A stretch of 64,000 nt of DNA, from the IMG/VR virus record IMGVR_UViG_3300033475_000017; one strand, written 5' to 3'. Source of the DNA: an uncultured virus (IMG/VR IMGVR_UViG_3300033475_000017). Lineage: Duplodnaviria; Heunggongvirae; Uroviricota; Caudoviricetes. The notes under the pieces are model-generated. The model ran no database searches. It saw only the letters and a program-made list of their open reading frames with translations, and was not told the origin of the DNA. Position numbers and translations under genes: made by a program. Below, piece by piece: positions 58,347 through 64,000 of this stretch. Within the stretch, counting starts at the first letter, position 1; each line of letters opens with the position of its first letter.

Positions 58347-59489
58347 ATGGTGCTTCGTCTTTCGACGTTCCCGAGCGACGTCCGCGGGGTCGGGCTCGCC
58401 GGGCTTAGTACATCGACCAATGCGGCCATAACCGCAGCCGACAACGTGCTGTCGGCATTTGGAAAGTTGCAGGCACAGATCACGGCGGTATCTGCCACTG
58501 CCGCCGCTGCGCTACCAAAGTCTGGCGGCACGATGACGGGTGCGATCACGCTATCGGCAGATCCGGCATCGGCTCTACAACCGGCGACAAAGCAATACGT
58601 TGACGCACGCATAGCCACGACGATAGCGGCCAACAACACATTTGCGAACACCACATATACCAACATATTCCCTGGACAGACTTTTAACGACGGCCTCCAG
58701 GGAACAAATATAATAACCTCTAGTTCTCCCGTATTGGGGCAATACACTGGATTAGCCGGCTATGTCCGGAGTCAACAGTCACAATCTAGCGGGAACCAAA
58801 ACGGCGTAGCGCTATTCGGCGCCGCATCTGCGGAAGTCAACGGAGCGGCAGTTTGGGGTGTCAATACACTTCTGCAAGATAGTGCATCGAGAGCGATCGG
58901 GTCCGGTACTGGGCGCATTCTTATCGGATATGAGGTCGATATAAATGTTATGTGCCCAGGCACGCAGATAATCGGATGTAGCGTCGGTGGTAATGGTTTA
59001 TCTCAGCCAGGTAGCTCCAACGGCTACATTGTCAACTCACTAGGTAGCGGCATCAAATGGGGTGGCGGATTCGTGACGGAAGATGGCGCAGCGAATTACG
59101 CCCTCGCTATCGGTGCATCGTCGGCTGTAGCGGGGGCAAACTACTCCTCGCAGATCGTCGCCTTTAGCTTCTACGACAAGAACAGCGCCAAACAGTCTGC
59201 TACCATCCAGATGACCAGTGTTCCTGGGACGGCTGAAGGTGATTTTCTTATTGGTGGATCGGTACCGGTTGCGCTGACGATGCTCAACGGCAACATCAAC
59301 ATCACCAACGCTGGATTCCTCACGATCGGAGGCAACACCGTTGTCGGTCCCCGCGTCACGGGCATGGGAGCCGTCACAGGAGGTTCCAACCTTGCCTTCA
59401 ATGCGGCCACTGCCACGCTTCAGCAAACGGCAGGAGCAGCAGCCTACGCCCTACAGGTTTTGATCAATCATGGACTGCTAGGACCATAG
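58347..59489 (+). CDS. Fibre or receptor-binding protein, lower GC
   Basis: 'D.VL.AFGKLQ.QI', 'LPKSGGTMTG.I.L..DP.....ATKQYVD' trimeric fibre motifs. Confidence 0.75.
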   Translation: MVLRLSTFPSDVRGVGLAGLSTSTNAAITAADNVLSAFGKLQAQITAVSATAAAALPKSGGTMTGAITLSADPASALQPATKQYVDARIATTIAANNTFANTTYTNIFPGQTFNDGLQGTNIITSSSPVLGQYTGLAGYVRSQQSQSSGNQNGVALFGAASAEVNGAAVWGVNTLLQDSASRAIGSGTGRILIGYEVDINVMCPGTQIIGCSVGGNGLSQPGSSNGYIVNSLGSGIKWGGGFVTEDGAANYALAIGASSAVAGANYSSQIVAFSFYDKNSAKQSATIQMTSVPGTAEGDFLIGGSVPVALTMLNGNINITNAGFLTIGGNTVVGPRVTGMGAVTGGSNLAFNAATATLQQTAGAAAYALQVLINHGLLGP

Positions 59490-59490
59490 A

Positions 59491-59733
59491 ATGGATAAGA
59501 ACACTGCTGCCAACGCGCTGAACTTTCTTCAACGCGCACAACTAACTGGTAACGAGGTGGCGGCCTTTGTGGAGGTCACCCAAGCACTACATGCTATCGC
59601 CACCGGTCTAGTGGCGGTCAGCAAGCCTGTCCCGCAGGAACTGGCAGAAGAGCACCCGGCGTTGCACAACCAGCGCAGCCCTCGCAAAACGAGATCGGAT
59701 GCGACGTCGGAGCCCGCAGCAGTAGCATCGTAG
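59491..59733 (+). CDS. Small protein, possible fibre chaperone
   Basis: 'L.FL.R..L.G.EV.AF.EV'; follows fibre gene. Confidence 0.55.
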   Translation: MDKNTAANALNFLQRAQLTGNEVAAFVEVTQALHAIATGLVAVSKPVPQELAEEHPALHNQRSPRKTRSDATSEPAAVAS

Positions 59734-59831
59734 GCAACTCAGCGAAGCTCACCCGCGATCCATTGGGCTTTGCACGGGCGAATGGATTGCTGCTATAGGG
59801 CAATTGTTACCCTTTGCAGCGAGGCGCGGGC

Positions 59832-61805
59832 ATGGCTTCCATTATTCCAGCGGGCCAATTCAACCCGGCATCGCTTCAGGCTTCTGGCTTCTACATCACG
59901 ATCACGAACCCGCCGAGCTACATCACGGGCGTTCCGACTGATGTGGTGGGCATGGTGGGCACCGCGAGTTGGGGTCCGGTCAACACGCCGGTAAGCCTGG
60001 GTAGCGGGCAGGCCGCACAACAGGCGTTTGGTCCCATGTCGGCCGCGTCTCTGACCGATCCATTCGACCTCGCGACGGACCTTTCGTTGGCGTTCCAGCA
60101 GAGCGTCAGCCAGGCATCGCTGCAGGCATGGGCCGTGCGCGTGACCGACGGCACGGACACCGCCGCATCGGCTTCGCTGGCCGGCGCCGCGTCCGCAGCC
60201 GCCGCCACCGCCACGATCGCCGGCACGATCACCGCCGGCAACACCGTCAGCCTGACCGCCACCAGCACCGCCATAACCGGCAGCCCGATCACGGTCACCT
60301 ATACCGTCCAGTCGACGGACACGATCAGCACCATCGCCGCCGCGCTCGGGAAACTGGTCAACAACAACGCCGCGCTGGCCGCCGCCAGGATCAGTGCTGT
60401 CGTGGCCGCTGCCGTCATCTCGCTGTACGCACCGACCACGCTGACCCCGGCGGTTGTCTGGACCGGCGCGGCGGGCGGCACGTCGCCGACCGAAACGGTG
60501 ACCATCGGCACCGGGACGGCAACCACCGTCGGCGCCGTCGTGGCGATGCGCTACACGGGCACCGGCGGCAACTCGGCGTCCGGCAGCGCGCAGATGACGG
60601 TCGCGGCTGGCGTCGCCGCCAACACGTTCAATGTCGCGATCGTTCCCCCGTTCGGCGGCAATTCCGAAATCTACCTGGGCCTGCCGAGCGCTGGCTTCTG
60701 GCCGGCACTCAAGGCAGCGTTGAACCGCGGCATGTCGCCGGCACGTGGCCCGTCGGCCATCGTCTCGATCCCGGGCACCGCGAATGCCGCGGTTGGCGCT
60801 CCGACACCCGGCACGTTCACGTTCGCCGGCGGTACGGACGGCCGCAGCGGCGTTACCACCGCCACCCTGATTGGCAGCAACACCGCCCAGCCGATGACGG
60901 GCCTGTGGTCACTGAGCAACCTGAACCCGGGCGTTGGCATCGCATGGATCGTCGGCTGCACGGACCCGAGCAGCTTCCAGTCGTTGCTGCAGTTCGGGCA
61001 GTCGAATTCGGCGAGCGTCCTGGCATCCATGCCGTCCGGCACGAGCACCGCCGCCGCGCAAGCCGCGGTGCAGACCAACGGCATCGCCGATCCGGCGTTC
61101 AACTATGTCAAAGACTGGATCTACTTCTTTGACACGGCGAACAAGCAGCAGCGCCTGGTGCCCCCGACTGCTGTGATCGGCGGCATGTGGGCAACATACG
61201 CACCGCAGAACAGCCCCGACAACAAGGCGGTTCTTGGCGTCGTCGGCACCGAGCGGAACAACCCGCAGACCGGCAATCAGCCCTACACGCTGGCCGAGAT
61301 CGGGCAGCTTCAGAGCGCCGGCATCACGATCGTCACGAACCCGATCAATGCCGGCAGCTTCTGGGGCACCTGGGGCGGCCGGTCGACCTCGCAAGACCCC
61401 GCGACGCAGCCCAGCGAATACTGGCGCATGACATCGTTCATCGCGCGGTCCCTCGCGGGCTTCGGTGGGAAATATGTCGGCCAACTCCAGAGCCAGCAGC
61501 TTTCCGATCCGCTGCGCCGCCAGGTGAAGGCCGAGCTGAACCAGTTCTTCAACACGCTGTTCGGGCTGGGGATGATCGACACGCTGGCGAGCGGCGGCGG
61601 CCCGGCTGCGGTGGTGCTGTGTGAGTTGAACACCGCGCCCAACGCATCGCCCGGCTACGGCATGAACACGCCGAGTTCGATCAGCCAGCACTTCATGTTT
61701 TCCATGTGCCAGGTGCTCTACCTGTCCAGCGTATGGTACTTCGTGCTGGCGCTGCAGGGCGGAACAACCGTCACGGTGAACGTGATCCAGGGGCAATCGG
61801 CGTAA
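59832..61805 (+). CDS. Contractile tail sheath protein
   Basis: 'G.VGTASWGPVN.P', 'VRVTDG', 'F.GG.DG', 'SP.NK', 'L..AGI..I'. Confidence 0.9.
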   Translation: MASIIPAGQFNPASLQASGFYITITNPPSYITGVPTDVVGMVGTASWGPVNTPVSLGSGQAAQQAFGPMSAASLTDPFDLATDLSLAFQQSVSQASLQAWAVRVTDGTDTAASASLAGAASAAAATATIAGTITAGNTVSLTATSTAITGSPITVTYTVQSTDTISTIAAALGKLVNNNAALAAARISAVVAAAVISLYAPTTLTPAVVWTGAAGGTSPTETVTIGTGTATTVGAVVAMRYTGTGGNSASGSAQMTVAAGVAANTFNVAIVPPFGGNSEIYLGLPSAGFWPALKAALNRGMSPARGPSAIVSIPGTANAAVGAPTPGTFTFAGGTDGRSGVTTATLIGSNTAQPMTGLWSLSNLNPGVGIAWIVGCTDPSSFQSLLQFGQSNSASVLASMPSGTSTAAAQAAVQTNGIADPAFNYVKDWIYFFDTANKQQRLVPPTAVIGGMWATYAPQNSPDNKAVLGVVGTERNNPQTGNQPYTLAEIGQLQSAGITIVTNPINAGSFWGTWGGRSTSQDPATQPSEYWRMTSFIARSLAGFGGKYVGQLQSQQLSDPLRRQVKAELNQFFNTLFGLGMIDTLASGGGPAAVVLCELNTAPNASPGYGMNTPSSISQHFMFSMCQVLYLSSVWYFVLALQGGTTVTVNVIQGQSA

Positions 61806-61828
61806 GCGCCTGACAGGGGACAACGACT

Positions 61829-62320
61829 ATGGCAATCTCGATCCAGGGGTTCAATGTCGGAACCGATGCGTCGTTCGTGATCACCGATAATTTCGGTGAC
61901 ATCATCATGGACAGCGACATGGGCTACCTCGATGACTTTTCCACCGAGAGCACCGACATCGATCTGAAGGTCACACCGATCACCACCGGCGGCGTCCCGA
62001 TCTACCAGACGATTTGGAATGGCGGCACTGGCAGCGCGACCTATACGCGGTTCGGGCCCACCTTCCAGCAAATCTTCATGGACCTGATGGCGAGCTATTA
62101 CGGCTCGGGCACCATCCCGCAGTTCGCGCTGCAACTGGACGTGCGGAACCGGAACGGCCAGGTCGACAGCTACCAGTATTCCGGGATGCAGTTCACCCGG
62201 CCGCGCTTCGGCAACTTCCGTGCCACACGCGAGGTCGATATGCGTTTCGGCATCAACTGGGCGACATGCACCGGCACCGGGGCGCTGCAGGCGTTCCTGA
62301 ATGCCGTGGCGGCCGTCTGA
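61829..62320 (+). CDS. Tail tube protein
   Basis: Follows sheath; size; beta-rich with 'W.G...Y.R'. Confidence 0.8.
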   Translation: MAISIQGFNVGTDASFVITDNFGDIIMDSDMGYLDDFSTESTDIDLKVTPITTGGVPIYQTIWNGGTGSATYTRFGPTFQQIFMDLMASYYGSGTIPQFALQLDVRNRNGQVDSYQYSGMQFTRPRFGNFRATREVDMRFGINWATCTGTGALQAFLNAVAAV

Positions 62321-62335
62321 TAATCTGGAGTCCTT

Positions 62336-62887
62336 ATGGCCGTCCAACCGAAGATCACCATCAACACCGATCCGGCTGCCGCCGCCGCTGCCATTGCTGC
62401 AGCCGCCCCAGGCGCCGCGCAGCAGGGGCAGTCAGCGGCCGGTCGCGCCGCTCGCCGTGCGATGGCCGAGCAGGCCCGCAAGGAAGCGCGAAGTGGCAAG
62501 GTGGCAGGCCAGGCTGAAGCTGATCAGGAGAAAGCCGAGGACCAGACGCTTGAACCGCGTGAGCCAATCGACAGCCTGACGTTCGAGCTGCCGAACGGGT
62601 GCATCGTGGAGTTCGGCCCGCCGGTGGGCGAGAGCCTGACCGTGAAGATGCTGCAAATCTACGGCAACCGGGATTTCAGCCGCGCCGAAGAAGACATCAC
62701 CTGGACCATGTGCTGCCTCCGGACTGTGGACGAGAAGCCCGTGCGGATCGGGAACACGATCGACCGGGACAAATGGATCACGGTCATCGGCGATGAAGGC
62801 CTGGGCATCTTGCGAACGACGCTCAATCGTTACTGGCCGCCTCTGCGCCGTTACGATCTGAAGATCATCGAAAAAAAAATGCGCTGA
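62336..62887 (+). CDS. Tail assembly chaperone (G-like)
   Basis: Lies between tube and tape measure; ends at an A9 slippery run. Confidence 0.75.
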   Translation: MAVQPKITINTDPAAAAAAIAAAAPGAAQQGQSAAGRAARRAMAEQARKEARSGKVAGQAEADQEKAEDQTLEPREPIDSLTFELPNGCIVEFGPPVGESLTVKMLQIYGNRDFSRAEEDITWTMCCLRTVDEKPVRIGNTIDRDKWITVIGDEGLGILRTTLNRYWPPLRRYDLKIIEKKMR

Positions 62888-63053
62888 CCCGCGAACCGGG
62901 CGCACGCTGGATCTGCTGAGGGCCGGGTTCCAGTTCGCCGATACTTTGGCGATGGACGAAGAAACGTTGATCTTTTGGTGGTATGCGGCAATGAAGCATG
63001 CCGGTATGCAGATCGACTGGTCCACCGGTGAGGTCAAGGCGCCAAAGACATGA
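62871..63053 (+). CDS. Frameshift extension of tail chaperone (GT-like), +1/-2 frame
   Basis: Open frame KKCADPRTG...IDWSTGEVKAPKT after GAAAAAAAAAT. Confidence 0.65.
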   Translation, partial: KKKCADPRTGRTLDLLRAGFQFADTLAMDEETLIFWWYAAMKHAGMQIDWSTGEVKAPKT

Positions 63054-63526
63054 TGACGTTCCGCCAGTTCGCTGAACACATGGAGCGGGCTGCGGATGCC
63101 GTTCCCGAGGCGATTGCCGGCGTCGTTGTGGAAGTGACCGCCCTGGCCGTGGTCCGCGCCAAAGACATGATTGGCACCTATCAGCCCGGTTGGGATCCGC
63201 TACACGAAGCCACGCTGATGGGCTTCTGGCATAAGCGAGGCCCCTACATCCCCGGCAAGAACGAGTTGGGATTTGCGCCACCGGATAACCCGCTGCTGCG
63301 TGACGGCGGCATGCGCGACTCGATCGAAGGCGAAGCGATCGACAATACCGGCGTGATCGGATCTCCCGAGAAAAAGATGCTCTGGCAGGAGATGGGCACG
63401 CCCAATGCGGACTATCCGATTGAGCCCCGGCCTGTGCTGGCCAAGGCGGTGATGGACTCGATCCCCGACATTGAACGGCTGTGTGGCGAGGCGATGGTCC
63501 GGCTGCTGACCCCGGAGGGCATCTGA
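63050..63526 (+). CDS. HK97 gp10-like / virion morphogenesis protein
   Basis: 'W.PL..AT', 'PLLR.G.MRDSI', 'QE.GT', 'PRP.L'. Confidence 0.75.
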   Translation: MMTFRQFAEHMERAADAVPEAIAGVVVEVTALAVVRAKDMIGTYQPGWDPLHEATLMGFWHKRGPYIPGKNELGFAPPDNPLLRDGGMRDSIEGEAIDNTGVIGSPEKKMLWQEMGTPNADYPIEPRPVLAKAVMDSIPDIERLCGEAMVRLLTPEGI

Positions 63527-63527
63527 C

Positions 63528-64000
63528 ATGCCCATCATGAGCTACGAGGTTGGCGCATCGTTCTCGATCCAGGATGAAGCCAGCGGCCCGCTGATGCGGA
63601 TGTCCGAGGCCGCCACCGGCCTGGCCGAACGGGCGGAAGCGGTCACCAGCGCGTTCGAGAACCTTGGGCGCGTGTCGTTCGCGCGCATGACCAGGCAGCT
63701 CGGCGAGCTTGGCGCGACGGCCGAGAAATCCATTCCGGGCGTGGTGCGCAGCGTGGGCGTGCTGACGGCGGCGCTGGCGGATGCCAACGCTGCGGCGGTG
63801 CGGCTGTCGGACACGATGCTTTCACTGCGCGGCGGCCGCGGCGGCTTGGGCGGCGGTGGAGGCGGGGGCCGCGGCGGCGGCGGTGGAGGCGGCGACGGAG
63901 AGGGCGCTTTCTCCCCGCGCGACGGCTGGAACGAGGCTGCCCGCGAGGCCTATCCGAACGCTCGCTATTGGGACCATGATTACAACCAAGTCGAGCGGCG
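63528..64000 (+). CDS. Probable tape measure protein, N-terminus; truncated by window end
   Basis: 'YEVG..F.I.D.AS..L' start, Ala-rich helices, open to window end. Confidence 0.7.
   Translation, partial: MPIMSYEVGASFSIQDEASGPLMRMSEAATGLAERAEAVTSAFENLGRVSFARMTRQLGELGATAEKSIPGVVRSVGVLTAALADANAAAVRLSDTMLSLRGGRGGLGGGGGGGRGGGGGGGDGEGAFSPRDGWNEAAREAYPNARYWDHDYNQVER

Overview
Most of a GC-rich, probably contractile-tailed (myovirus-like) phage genome or prophage of an alphaproteobacterium. GcrA- and GapR-like genes point to that host group. The window opens inside baseplate J and ends inside the tape-measure gene, so it looks like a circular permutation lacking only the tape-measure-to-baseplate segment. 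Order: baseplate/fibres (1-4.7 kb); lysis genes plus a lipase (4.8-7.5 kb); leftward recombination operon (RecT, degenerate DnaQ-like; 7.5-13.7 kb); rightward GapR-like/GcrA/Mom-like/RuvC-like operon (13.8-18.4 kb); accessory region with GH16, DUF4942, DUF3489 paralogs, serine resolvase and DUF932 (18.4-35 kb); Gp37/Gp68 and ParB-methyltransferase; then terminase, portal, head, neck and tail genes (41.5-64 kb). I saw no integrase, polymerase, helicase, tRNA or CRISPR array. Most striking unexplained signals: a ~490-nt hairpin-packed non-coding element next to an AT-rich tract (23.1-23.75 kb); several smaller structured intergenic RNA candidates; an 11-copy AA(A/C)CCTCC array; a dispersed palindromic operator CGCAYNRTGCG; one ~75-aa module inserted in five virion proteins; a stand-alone biotin-carrier protein in the head module; and a +1/-2 tail-chaperone frameshift. 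All family assignments come from motif recognition by eye, not database searches.
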